A DNA stretch of 64,000 nt from a virus: the IMG/VR virus record IMGVR_UViG_3300042311_000920, positions 9,440-73,439 of that record; one strand, 5' to 3'. Under the pieces are notes generated by a model. That model was not told the DNA's origin, ran no database searches, and worked only from the letters and a program-made list of their open reading frames with translations. Positions 1 through 9,628 of the stretch are shown piece by piece. The position numbers and the translations under genes were made by a program. The first letter of the stretch is position 1. Every line of letters starts with the position of its first letter.

Positions 1-2
1 TC

Positions 3-455
3 CAGGAACGTGCAAAAGCAAAAGCCGAAAGATACCAAAATTGGGCAAACTCCGCCGAAAATCGCAGCACTGAATACTGGAAAGCTTCACACGAAGGAGC
101 GGACTTTTTAAAACTTGCCGAGCCGATCAAAATAGGACACCACAGCGAAAAGCGACACAGAGCGTTAATAGACCGTAATTGGAACAGAATGTCAAAATGT
201 GTTGAAGAAAGCAAAAAAGCCGAACAGCACGAAAGCAAAGCGGAATACTGGACACGTAAAGCCGACACTATTAATTTATCAATGCCAGAAAGTTTAGAGT
301 TTTACGAATACAAATTAGAGGAAGCAAAAGCGAAGCACGAAAATTTAAAAAATAACCCTTCGGAGCGTTCGCACTCGTATTCGCTGACGTACGCAAAAAA
401 AGCAGTTAACGAAGCCGAAAAGAATTTGCAAACAGCAAAAAAACTTTGGGAATAA
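3..455 (+). CDS. DUF3560-like phage protein, 5'-truncated by window edge
   Basis: Frame is open from base 3 and contains EPIKIGHHSEKRHR, the motif typical of DUF3560; the ORF track shows only the part from 189. Confidence 0.75.
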   Translation, partial: QERAKAKAERYQNWANSAENRSTEYWKASHEGADFLKLAEPIKIGHHSEKRHRALIDRNWNRMSKCVEESKKAEQHESKAEYWTRKADTINLSMPESLEFYEYKLEEAKAKHENLKNNPSERSHSYSLTYAKKAVNEAEKNLQTAKKLWE

Positions 456-683
456 TTACTAACCAACCGCCTCACAAGGGTGGTTTTTAATTTCAAAACA
501 TAATGACAAATTTAAACGGATTTTTTTACTGGTTTATCAGTTTAGGCGGAGATACTGCCAAAGCCAATTTCAAAGAGGTACACGACAACGTTAACGCGAT
601 TAGCTTACAATTTAGCACGCTGAAAAATAGAGCTGCAGAAATCAAAGAAAAGTACAATTATAAATTTATAAAAAACTAAAACC

Positions 684-926
684 ATGAAAACAAGATACCT
701 CATTTTAGCATTTTTAGGCGTTTTAATAGCTTCTTATTTATTCCTTCGCATTATTTGTAATTCTATAGAAATATATGAATTAAAACAAAAAATAGCACTA
801 ATTGAAAGAGTTGATTATTTGATGATTGAGGAGGGATATACTAGAGACGCGGCCGAGCACATCGCAAAAGTAGAATTAAAAATAATTCCAGAGGATGCTG
901 AGTATATAGCGTTAATGGAAGATTAA
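684..926 (+). CDS. hypothetical protein with N-terminal TM segment
   Basis: 80-aa ORF, hydrophobic N-terminus, A-rich AACCATG start context. Confidence 0.6.
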   Translation: MKTRYLILAFLGVLIASYLFLRIICNSIEIYELKQKIALIERVDYLMIEEGYTRDAAEHIAKVELKIIPEDAEYIALMED

Positions 927-1048
927 AAAAAAGCCGTTCGCTAAAGGCGTGAAATTCGATTTTAAAACGGCACAAATTTTTTTATTATATTTACAAACAT
1001 TATTCATTTTACGGACGAGCCGACCGAGACAAACGGGCAATTATTATC

Positions 1049-1690
1049 ATGGTTTACAATATCAACAAAAAAGGGTACATTTTGAACAATCGCGGGCAAA
1101 TTGAAACAATTAGTTACAGAGATTATTTGCAGGAATTTGGAAGCGACGAAACAACAACACCAAGAGGTGTTGCGCCTAGGTTATACGTTGCAGGAAATAC
1201 GATAATGACATGGGGCGTTCGCGGAAATAACCATGCTTTTTATGCTAGTTTTGCAAACAAAAGAGAAGCAATAGCAAGTCTTTACGAAATTTGGGAAAGA
1301 AACATTGATCAAGAATGCAATGTGCGAAGATTTTACGGAACCAAGAAAGAAATGTTTCAACACCTTGCGGATGTTTACGAAAAAGAAACAGCAGTAATAA
1401 AACGATATTTTAGACTGCAAAAATTCAACCTTGAAAGAGCGCAACAAGCAAAAATAAAACACGACAACCGCCCGAGCTTCACAAAGGAAATGATGATTAA
1501 TTTTATTAATCAAAACAAGGAAATAGTACTTTCTTCACTTAAAGAATTAGACGAGCTAAAACAAGCCGAAAACAAGGAAATTTGGCAAGTAAAAGCAAAT
1601 TCGTTAATTCAGAAAGTCAGTAACAACGACTTTAGAGTTTTGAACTGGAAAGAAATTTATAGTTTAATTCGAGAAAGTGCAAATTTGTAA
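1049..1690 (+). CDS. hypothetical phage protein
   Basis: 213-aa ORF followed by a terminator. Confidence 0.7.
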   Translation: MVYNINKKGYILNNRGQIETISYRDYLQEFGSDETTTPRGVAPRLYVAGNTIMTWGVRGNNHAFYASFANKREAIASLYEIWERNIDQECNVRRFYGTKKEMFQHLADVYEKETAVIKRYFRLQKFNLERAQQAKIKHDNRPSFTKEMMINFINQNKEIVLSSLKELDELKQAENKEIWQVKANSLIQKVSNNDFRVLNWKEIYSLIRESANL

Positions 1691-1713
1691 GCAAATATTT
1701 TTTTTAATCACAT

Positions 1714-1740
1714 AAACCGCTAGAAATAGCGGTTTTTTTT
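1714..1740 (+). terminator. rho-independent terminator
   Basis: AAACCGCTA-GAAA-TAGCGGTTT followed by a T-run. Confidence 0.8.
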
Positions 1741-1810
1741 GTTGCAAAATTTCAAAAAGAAACAATGCCCAAAACGGGAATTCTATTTTAATCAATTATA
1801 AATTTTAAAA

Positions 1811-2086
1811 ATGAAAAACGCAGAATTAATGAATTTATCAATCGAAGAATTGAGAGATTTAAACACAAGACTTATTGAAGTCTTGAAACTTAAAAAACAA
1901 ACTATTGCTTTTGTTAATAAGGAAACACTAACAAAAGGAATGATTGCTGAATATGTAGGAACTTCTACTAATGTTCGGTATAAAGAGTTTGAGATTGTAA
2001 AAATCAATAGAACGAAAGCTGAGTGTAAGTGTGTGGTAACTGGTAAACTTTGGAATATCCAAATAGCAAACTTAAAACCATCATAG
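1811..2086 (+). CDS. hypothetical protein
   Basis: 91-aa ORF with A-rich leader. Confidence 0.65.
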   Translation: MKNAELMNLSIEELRDLNTRLIEVLKLKKQTIAFVNKETLTKGMIAEYVGTSTNVRYKEFEIVKINRTKAECKCVVTGKLWNIQIANLKPS

Positions 2087-2100
2087 TTAATTTTTATTTT

Positions 2101-2433
2101 ATGGACACAGCGACCAAACCCCAAGCCATTCAGTACAGTTTGGCTTTTTTTGACCCTCCAGACGCTCCGGACCGTGATCAAATTTTAACAAGCAAAGCCA
2201 ACGCATTGCTCGAAGCTCTCAACGACGGACTAAAAACGAAAGATCACTATTTACCACAATACACTTATCAAGAAGGAAATTTTATTATGCTAATCGCTTG
2301 CAACAAAGAAAAAGATATTATGCATAATATTCTGGACGTGGACGGAAATACACCGCCCGGAATGTCCGCTTGTTGGAGAAATGCGTCACAAATCAAGCAA
2401 GATTTAAAAGAATTACAAATGCTTAACACCTAA
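2101..2433 (+). CDS. hypothetical protein
   Basis: ATG at 2101 preferred over the overlapping TTG at 2050. Confidence 0.55.
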   Translation: MDTATKPQAIQYSLAFFDPPDAPDRDQILTSKANALLEALNDGLKTKDHYLPQYTYQEGNFIMLIACNKEKDIMHNILDVDGNTPPGMSACWRNASQIKQDLKELQMLNT

Positions 2434-2535
2434 ACCATGAAACGAATCATTTTAGAAAAGCCGATTATCATCGAGGCACGTTACGAAACTTATTTTCAAA
2501 TCAATTTTTATTTAAACTAATCATTTTTTACAATC

Positions 2536-2991
2536 ATGAAAAAACTTTTTTTATTACTGTTATTGCCTACTTTGGCAATTTCTCAAAACGTTGGAATCGG
2601 AACGAAAAACCCAACGGCTAAACTAGAAGTTAATGGAAACGTAAAACTAAAAGCGTCAATAGGTACGGTAAACGATACTATTTTAGTTATTCGAAATGGC
2701 GAAATAATGAAAGTGCCTGCATCTTTTTATCAATACACACCGCCTACAAATTGCCCCTTACTCGTTACGGGTCAAGGTCAAAGTAATGGTTACTATTTGA
2801 AATTTCAATCAAACGTCCCAATTGTTAACCCAAGCGCTACACTCGTAATTCAGGGCAAAACTTTTCAAGCAGCGGGAACGTGGGTAAGTAGCAATACCTA
2901 CTTCTACTCTTACACTAATACGAGTGGTTCTCCTTTAAATATTAACCAGCCTTTTACCGTTAATTTTACGGGGCAAATTTGTCAGTATTAA
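2536..2991 (+). CDS. secreted protein with Bacteroidota-type VGIGTxxP motif
   Basis: Signal peptide MKKLFLLLLLPTLAIS then QNVGIGTKNPTAKLEVNG; its TAA stop forms the left boundary of array 1. Confidence 0.7.
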   Translation: MKKLFLLLLLPTLAISQNVGIGTKNPTAKLEVNGNVKLKASIGTVNDTILVIRNGEIMKVPASFYQYTPPTNCPLLVTGQGQSNGYYLKFQSNVPIVNPSATLVIQGKTFQAAGTWVSSNTYFYSYTNTSGSPLNINQPFTVNFTGQICQY

Positions 2992-3206
2992 CAGCAAAGT
3001 ATATAAGCAGTAGCGGAGTGAGTAGCACAGCACGTAAGAGGGAAGGCTGGAATTTCAAATGTGCATTGTCATTTCGGTATAACCAAGCCCCGCCCGCTAT
3101 TTCTTATATTTATTGTTATAAAATCCTTTTAATGTTTTACAACGTTTGGTGCTTTCTGTCTGTAGCGGATTTCAGCACCAAGCCATTAAAACACAAAACC
3201 AAAATT

Positions 3207-3434
3207 ATGGAATCACTTGAAAAATTTATAGAAAAAAGAATGCAACAATCGGAATTTTCAGCAATGATGATCCCTAGATATTTAGAAAAGCCAAATGCTT
3301 TTTTAGGTTCAAAAAATTACACTTTGGAAAAAGCGGCAGAATTTAAAGCAGATGCTGAGAAATGCAAAGCATTAATGATGTTTTTAAAAGAATATAATAA
3401 ACTTTTGAAAACCAAGCGTAACAATGGAAACTAA
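3207..3434 (+). CDS. hypothetical protein in degenerate cassette unit
   Basis: ATG 3207 (MESLEKF...); TAA overlaps the AAC of the next hairpin. Confidence 0.55.
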   Translation: MESLEKFIEKRMQQSEFSAMMIPRYLEKPNAFLGSKNYTLEKAAEFKADAEKCKALMMFLKEYNKLLKTKRNNGN

Positions 3435-3484
3435 CGTTGAATTATTGTCGTCAGGTGGCGACAAACACAAAACAAAATATAAAA

Positions 3485-3817
3485 ATGAAAGTAATGACAA
3501 AACATTCAGAGAATACCCAAACCGCCACTTGCGACAATAATTTGTTAGTAGATTATCATCCTTTTGACCTTAAGCCTCAACATAGAGATTTAGGAGGAAA
3601 AATACCTTTTGTTCATAATAAGACAGGTTTTACAGAATTGTATCCAAAAGCTTATAGTTATCCGGCCAAAAGATGCGAAAATTGCTTGTTTTATAGAGTA
3701 GAGAGAAGTACTACTCCTGTTGCTTACTATTGTCGAATTGGTATGTTTTCAAGTTATGTACAGGCAACCGCAAAAAGAGATGAAGACAAACCAACTGAAT
3801 GTCAGGTTTATTGGTAA
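3485..3817 (+). CDS. cassette hypothetical protein, Cys-rich C-terminus
   Basis: ATG in the loop of hairpin 3433-3546; reads through GTT at 3544. Confidence 0.6.
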   Translation: MKVMTKHSENTQTATCDNNLLVDYHPFDLKPQHRDLGGKIPFVHNKTGFTELYPKAYSYPAKRCENCLFYRVERSTTPVAYYCRIGMFSSYVQATAKRDEDKPTECQVYW

Positions 3818-3825
3818 TATCTACT

Positions 3826-3950
3826 AACGGATTGCGGTTTTGTCTTGTTGCCGAAAATACAAGACCAATTTTAATTTAAAAAACTATGAATACAAGTACA
3901 AAAAATTCATCAAATGAAGCCGAAAATGGCAATAAGTCAAAACCGCTGTT
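3826..3950. repeat. attC-like hairpin, close relative of 6085-6209
   Basis: Arms GCGGTTTTGTCTTGTTGCC / GGCAATAAGTCAAAACCGC; shares TTTGTCTTGTTGCCGAAAATACAAGACCAA with 6085-6209. Confidence 0.85.
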
Positions 3951-4119
3951 ATATGATGGCATTTTCGTAGGGCAGAAAGTTATTGATGAAGATTGCGATA
4001 AAGGAACGATAACAGAAATAGAAAATATCTACAATGTTTATGTAAAATATGATAATGGCGGAAGTGGTATTTCTTGTTTAAATGGTTGTTGCAACGACAG
4101 GTTGTATGCTATCATATAA
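3886..4119 (+). CDS. cassette hypothetical protein
   Basis: Starts in hairpin loop (…EAENGNKSKPLL); TAA lies in the terminal TAAC. Confidence 0.6.
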   Translation: MNTSTKNSSNEAENGNKSKPLLYDGIFVGQKVIDEDCDKGTITEIENIYNVYVKYDNGGSGISCLNGCCNDRLYAII

Positions 4120-4255
4120 CGTTTTCGGGCTTGGCGAAGTGCCGCTAACCGAAACTTAATTTTTAGCACTAACTGTCCTGCGGCATTTTGCCAAACCCGT
4201 GTTATGGGATAGTTTTAAAAACCTTTTAGGGTGGGCATTTAAAAACAAAATTAAA

Positions 4256-4651
4256 ATGGGAATGTACACAGAATTAATTTTTGGTGCTGAATTAAAAAAA
4301 GACACACCAAACCAAGTAATTGAAGCCTTGAAATATATGATAGGTGAAACAAAAGAAAAGCCAAGTGATTTCCCGTTACCTGATGGAAGATGTGAATGGT
4401 TATTTCAAGGCGGTAGCTATTACTTCGCTATCAATAATTCAGTAACAAAAATGTGGCTTGATGATATTGATAAGCAATGGCATATTAGCACACGTTCAAA
4501 TATTAAGAATTACGAAAGTGAAATTGAAACATTTTTAGACTGGATAAAGCCATACATTGACGGTGGTTCTGGTGGTAGAGATTTATATGCCATTACCATT
4601 TATGAAGAACAAGACACACCAACTCTTTATTATTTGCACGATGCTGATTAG
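4256..4651 (+). CDS. cassette hypothetical protein
   Basis: ATG 4256 inside cassette 4201-4691. Confidence 0.7.
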   Translation: MGMYTELIFGAELKKDTPNQVIEALKYMIGETKEKPSDFPLPDGRCEWLFQGGSYYFAINNSVTKMWLDDIDKQWHISTRSNIKNYESEIETFLDWIKPYIDGGSGGRDLYAITIYEEQDTPTLYYLHDAD

Positions 4652-4688
4652 TACGGTGCGGTGGGAAAAGGTTTTTAAAATTTCCCAT

Positions 4689-4754
4689 AACGTTTTGCAG
4701 ATACACGCTGTGAGCGTTGAATTGAGGGAGGGGAAATAGCGTGTATCTGCTGTT
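4689..4754. repeat. short attC-like hairpin
   Basis: AAC-GTTTT-GCAGATACACGCT...AGCGTGTATCTGC-T-GTT, perfect 13-bp arms. Confidence 0.85.
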
Positions 4755-4795
4755 ATGCCTTCGTTGCGGATTATTAACTTAAAAACTAAAATATA

Positions 4796-5122
4796 ATGGA
4801 TAAATTTCCAAAATTCATCATAGAAGATGATAAATTAATACTAATGAAAGTAACATATCATAAAGAGATTGCTACTGATTTAACTAAAGTAAAAGGCGGT
4901 GGTTGGTTTAAATATTTGCAACATACCGATATGTTTGTTTTTAGCGGAGAAAGCCACGATTTTGGCAAAGCTAAATTTGAAGATATAAAACAATGTGTTG
5001 CAAATTGCCAAGTATATTCAGATAACCGCCTTTACCGAAATATCAGTAATAATCACAATTTTGGATATGATACAGGAACAGAAATTATCGAATTGAAAAC
5101 GGAATGTAGCAATGAGGCATAA
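4796..5122 (+). CDS. cassette hypothetical protein
   Basis: Fills cassette 4752-5123. Confidence 0.7.
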   Translation: MDKFPKFIIEDDKLILMKVTYHKEIATDLTKVKGGGWFKYLQHTDMFVFSGESHDFGKAKFEDIKQCVANCQVYSDNRLYRNISNNHNFGYDTGTEIIELKTECSNEA

Positions 5123-5261
5123 CGTTTTGCAGCTATATGTCTGTTGCCAAAAGTAAAAAACAATGCTTCGATTAAGCACAAATAATCACAAGTACAAAAC
5201 AAATTATAAATCAAGCCGAATGTGGCAATAAGTCAAAACCGCTGTTATAAGTAGTACGGAT

Positions 5262-5402
5262 ATGAAAATCACAAAAGAATTTTTAGAAAAAATAAAAAAA
5301 GAAAACAATATATTGATATTTAAACTAGCGTCGATTGAGGGTAAAATACCAAAAGAAATACAAGACACATTACCTAAAGAAGTAATTACAAACAGATTGT
5401 AG
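5262..5402 (+). CDS. cassette small hypothetical protein (46 aa)
   Basis: MKITKEFLEK...NRL*, fills cassette 5244-5415; below ORF-track cutoff. Confidence 0.5.
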   Translation: MKITKEFLEKIKKENNILIFKLASIEGKIPKEIQDTLPKEVITNRL

Positions 5403-5557
5403 TATTACTTATAACGTTTTGCAGGTAGGCGATAGTGCCGCTTACCACAAACTTTAAATCAAAGCACTCAGGCTCATAGCGGCATTTTGCCTACCTGCTG
5501 TTAGGTGTCTGTAAAAAATAAATTTAGCGTGGGCTTAAACTTTAAATAACAAACAAA

Positions 5558-6043
5558 ATGGAATTACAAGAATTAATTGAAAAGAACAAACTGCAATTAC
5601 GCACACAAGAAGATATTTCTGCAAAGTTTGACGAATTGCAAAATTCAGGTGGCTTTATGGATTTTCGACCAGAAGTATTGATTAACTTTTTATCATTTGA
5701 AAACGCAAAGCCACATTTGAAAGAAGACTACGTGAAAGAAGTTGAAGCAGGAACAAAGCAATGGGAGCAACATACTACGGTTGAAAAGGCTGCCGAAGAG
5801 TTTTTGGACTATATGAAATTTGCTTGGGGTAAAGCCGAAGATGAACGTGGAATTTCAGCAAGCCGTTCAGTTCAAAAACTAGGAATGTGGCTTTGGATTA
5901 TGAACCGAGATGATTTGCGTAGAGTTATTGAGGATGATGATTTGTACAATCCTTATGGCGCACCTGCTTTAATTGAAGTTTGCAATCAAATGGGTATAAA
6001 AGTTCCAAACTCATTAATCGAATTTGCTAAGATAAAATGCTAA
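5558..6043 (+). CDS. cassette hypothetical protein
   Basis: 161-aa ORF in cassette 5500-6087. Confidence 0.75.
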   Translation: MELQELIEKNKLQLRTQEDISAKFDELQNSGGFMDFRPEVLINFLSFENAKPHLKEDYVKEVEAGTKQWEQHTTVEKAAEEFLDYMKFAWGKAEDERGISASRSVQKLGMWLWIMNRDDLRRVIEDDDLYNPYGAPALIEVCNQMGIKVPNSLIEFAKIKC

Positions 6044-6084
6044 TTATGTTGGGTGCGGTGGGAAATTTATTTTTTATTGCACCT

Positions 6085-6209
6085 AACATTCTCGTGGCTT
6101 TGTCTTGTTGCCGAAAATACAAGACCAACTTTAAATTTATCACTATGAAAAATGACACAAAACCAGCATTACCCGAAGCCGAAAACGGCAATAAGTCAAA
6201 ACCACTGTT
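6085..6209. repeat. attC-like hairpin, close relative of 3826-3950
   Basis: Arms GTGGCTTTGTCTTGTTGCC / GGCAATAAGTCAAAACCAC. Confidence 0.85.
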
Positions 6210-6582
6210 ACAAGCAGTGTTTTTCGCTCCTTATTTGCCTTATTCGGTAAAAATAGCTTATGATTATTTTGGAGATACACAAGAAATAGCAACATTAATA
6301 GGTGTTGAAGATAGAAATGGAGAAACTAGATTGCAAATTAATACTGGCGGAAGTGCTTTGTTAAAATATTGCAAACTTGTTTTAAAACCTTTTTCAGATT
6401 ATACTGAAATATTAGAAATAACAGATGAAATGAATGATTATGAAATCCAAATGATTGAAGATAATCCTGATTTAATAAAACGACTACCTTATGATGTGGT
6501 TGAAAAAATGTTTAAAAATCACATTGATGTTTTCGGACTTATTAATTTCGGTTTAGCCGTTTCAATTCACGATGTTGTGTAA
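6145..6582 (+). CDS. cassette hypothetical protein
   Basis: ATG 6145 in hairpin loop; N-terminus …EAENGNKSKPLL as in 3886. Confidence 0.65.
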   Translation: MKNDTKPALPEAENGNKSKPLLQAVFFAPYLPYSVKIAYDYFGDTQEIATLIGVEDRNGETRLQINTGGSALLKYCKLVLKPFSDYTEILEITDEMNDYEIQMIEDNPDLIKRLPYDVVEKMFKNHIDVFGLINFGLAVSIHDVV

Positions 6583-6735
6583 CATTGCTTGTAACGTTCC
6601 GCAACTACACGTCTGTTGCGTAAAAGTACAAAATTACCTTTCAGTTTAACACGGAATTGAAAGGTACAAAAACATCACTAAATTAATCACAAATCTAGCA
6701 ATAGCGTGTAATTGCTGTTATCAAATCGGTTTATT

Positions 6736-7062
6736 ATGAAAAGATTACCTGTTATACACGATGTAAAAGTTTGGAGTAGATTTTGGCAAAATCTAACTAT
6801 CGAAGAAAAAAACTTTGAATTAAGAAAATTAGATAGAGATTATCAAGTAAATGATTATTTACGATTGAATTTCTATTCAGAAGATTTAAAAGAAATTATA
6901 GAAACTGAAAAGCCTAAAATTGCTAAAATTCAATACATTTTAAAAGATGCTGAAATGTTTGGATTGCAAAAAGATTACGGAATATTATCCTTAAAATATT
7001 ATAGTTCTTTTTCTTTTCAAGAAAGGGTAGAGTTTTTGAAAACGCAAACCCAAACTGTTTGA
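6736..7062 (+). CDS. ASCH/PUA-like DUF3850 protein (cassette)
   Basis: HDVK...KNFELRKLDRDYQVNDYLRL matches the DUF3850/ASCH pattern. Confidence 0.7.
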   Translation: MKRLPVIHDVKVWSRFWQNLTIEEKNFELRKLDRDYQVNDYLRLNFYSEDLKEIIETEKPKIAKIQYILKDAEMFGLQKDYGILSLKYYSSFSFQERVEFLKTQTQTV

Positions 7063-7134
7063 TAACGGCTACGCATATACGCAGTAGCGGATTTAAAACA
7101 CAAAAGTTTAATTAACAAATAAAAGTAAAATAGA

Positions 7135-7476
7135 ATGAAAAAGTTTAAAATTAGCACAGTAGCCGCTATTGCCGTATATGCGATGTTAGCGGTTGTTTTT
7201 ACTTCTTGTGATGATGCAGGGGTAACTTCAAAAAGATTAAATGGCGATGAACAAAATTTGCCTGATGAACTGAAAGGACTAAAAATTTATTCAGTTTCGA
7301 CAGGTAATGGGAATTATGTAAAAGTTGCCGTTTTAGACGGTAAGATAAACTCAACAACTTACCAAGTAGGTAAAGTTCAAGAATCGACAGTAATAGTAAA
7401 TAAACAAAACGGCAAACTTATAGAGGTTAGCCAAATTTTGGTTGAAAACGACAGCGTGATTGTCTGCCGAAAATAA
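7135..7476 (+). CDS. putative lipoprotein (cassette)
   Basis: MKK + hydrophobic stretch + lipobox FTSC. Confidence 0.7.
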   Translation: MKKFKISTVAAIAVYAMLAVVFTSCDDAGVTSKRLNGDEQNLPDELKGLKIYSVSTGNGNYVKVAVLDGKINSTTYQVGKVQESTVIVNKQNGKLIEVSQILVENDSVIVCRK

Positions 7477-7548
7477 CCGCTAACGGTTCTCGGCTTTGTC
7501 GTCGTTGCGACTTATGAAAACTAATATTAATATTTTAAACTAAACGAA

Positions 7549-7833
7549 ATGAAAAACGATAATTCAACTAAACAAAGCAATGCGTCAAAACCGATGTTAG
7601 CGGAAGGCTGGATTTCTGTTAACGATAGAAGACCAAATGAAAATCAAACAGTATGGTGTTATTCAGAAAACACATTTAACATATTTGTAGGAGTTTATAT
7701 TTACCTTACAAATGAAGGTTGGTTTTGGGCTTCAAGTAACGGTTGCTTTTATATTGAAGAGGGAAAAATAATAACAGAATGTGAGATTGATGATTTTGAT
7801 GTTACACATTGGTTTCCCGCTCCAGTTCTGTAG
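7549..7833 (+). CDS. DUF551-like protein (cassette)
   Basis: WISVNDRRP...VTHWFPAP signature. Confidence 0.75.
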   Translation: MKNDNSTKQSNASKPMLAEGWISVNDRRPNENQTVWCYSENTFNIFVGVYIYLTNEGWFWASSNGCFYIEEGKIITECEIDDFDVTHWFPAPVL

Positions 7834-8060
7834 CTTTCCGCTAACGTTTCTCGGCTTTGCTTTGTTGCGGAAAAGTAAGCCAAAACTTTAGATTTAAAAA
7901 CAAAATTAACAAATACAAACCAAACATTCAGTTAAGCCTAAAACCGCAATAGAGCAAAACCGATGTTATAAGTAGCTTTTATTATGGATGAAATAATTTT
8001 ATGTTTAGGAATGATTGTTGGATTAATATTATTTATAATTAGTATAAAACAAGAGTAAAA

Positions 8061-8333
8061 ATGGAAAGTAAAATAGAATATTTTAATAGATACAGTGATA
8101 CGCATTTGCCTGATAAAATGAATAGATGGGCAAGAATAGCTGTATTTAAAAACATTAGAATTGCTTGGATAAGTAAACATAAGATTAAAGAGCAAGATAC
8201 ATTTTGTGTAACGTGCCATTTTCCAACTATGCAAAATGATACAGCAAACGAAAGTAAAGTTTTCTTTAGTTTAGAAGATGCAAAAGATTTTGTTTCTGAA
8301 AGATGGAATTTTTTTTTAACCGCAGTTTCTTAA
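8061..8333 (+). CDS. cassette hypothetical protein
   Basis: In cassette 7965-8346, preceded by a 24-aa hydrophobic mini-ORF at 7984-8058. Confidence 0.65.
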   Translation: MESKIEYFNRYSDTHLPDKMNRWARIAVFKNIRIAWISKHKIKEQDTFCVTCHFPTMQNDTANESKVFFSLEDAKDFVSERWNFFLTAVS

Positions 8334-8464
8334 AGTTACTTATAACGTTCCCACGATAGGGGCTGTTTGCCTATTTACAAAGTTGCTTTCGGCAAATAGC
8401 ACTTATCGTGTGTTGTGCGATGGTGCTTTTAAATACAAATATTAACCAATTAAATTACAATAAA

Positions 8465-8680
8465 ATGTCAAAACGAAAATACTCAAAAATGTCGGACAAA
8501 GTTGAAATAACACATTATGAATGTACTAATAGAAAGTGCAAGTGGCAAGGAACTAATAAACAAAAAGGAACTCAATATTTAGATAATGGATTTACGGAAT
8601 TGATTTGCCCTAAATGCTGTAATAATGAATTTTACGGATTACTTCCGTCTTATGTAGATTCTATTTCTGCGGTTTCGTAG
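8465..8680 (+). CDS. small Zn-ribbon-like protein (cassette)
   Basis: CTNRKC...CPKC; ATG 8465. Confidence 0.6.
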   Translation: MSKRKYSKMSDKVEITHYECTNRKCKWQGTNKQKGTQYLDNGFTELICPKCCNNEFYGLLPSYVDSISAVS

Positions 8681-8846
8681 CATCTCGCACAACGTATCGG
8701 TGCTATACGATGTGGCGGATTTTCGGCAGAAAGCCCAATACGAAGCACCACAGTTGAATTAAATAAAAATGTTTAATCGAAGCACGTCAGCCGCCATATT
8801 GTATAGCACTTGTTAGCGGATGCCGTTTCTTCACAACAATTTTAAA

Positions 8847-9083
8847 ATGGAATATAAAGCACAAGAACTCAAAAAAGATTTAATAACAAAGCGTTGCATT
8901 GATAACGATATGACAATGGATGAAGCCTGTAAAGAAATAGGAATTTCAAAAGCCACTTTGTCAAGGTTGGAAAAGTCTAAACTGCCAGATGTTGAAACAT
9001 TAGGTAAGGTTTGCACTTGGTTAGGAACTGAACCAAATAAATACTTTGTCATTATTCGTAAGCGTCAAGACGGTTTCCGCTAA
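8847..9083 (+). CDS. XRE-family HTH regulator (cassette)
   Basis: MTMDEACKEIGISKATLSRLEKSKLPDVETL. Confidence 0.85.
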   Translation: MEYKAQELKKDLITKRCIDNDMTMDEACKEIGISKATLSRLEKSKLPDVETLGKVCTWLGTEPNKYFVIIRKRQDGFR

Positions 9084-9255
9084 CCGTTCGGGGCTTGTAG
9101 CAGTAGGGGATTAGAAGCACTACTGTTCAACCTACCACAAAAGCTGATTAGAAGTACACAGCTTAATTAAAGCACTTCTGCCCCTATTGCTACAAACCCT
9201 TGTTAGCAGAAGTGGCGGTTAATTTACAAGGGTGTCAATTTTAAAACGTAAAAAA

Positions 9256-9558
9256 ATGATTAAAAATTCAGAACAACCAATCAGTCCAATGCCTTACCAA
9301 AATCAAGATGGCTCTATTCAACACGATGTTTATTTTGGATTAACTAAAAGAGAACATATTGCTATTGAAGCAATGAAGGGCTTTTTAGCAAACCCATCTG
9401 AAACAGAAGTAAGTTCAACTTATGTATTGGAAGCAATCGGGTTGCCAAAAGAAACTAAGTATTCATTTGATGAGCATTACACAAAGTATGTTTCACAAAT
9501 AGCAGTCAAATATGCCGATGCCTTATTAAAGGAATTGTCAATCGGAGACGGTCGGTAG
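9256..9558 (+). CDS. phage hypothetical protein with GLTKRE motif (cassette)
   Basis: GLTKREHIAIEAMKG...AVKYADALLKEL pattern common in phage small proteins. Confidence 0.7.
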   Translation: MIKNSEQPISPMPYQNQDGSIQHDVYFGLTKREHIAIEAMKGFLANPSETEVSSTYVLEAIGLPKETKYSFDEHYTKYVSQIAVKYADALLKELSIGDGR

Positions 9559-9628
9559 CCATTTCTGCTAACGGCTACGGCTATGTGCAGTAGCGGATTT
9601 AAAACACTAAACTTTAAATATAGAACGA

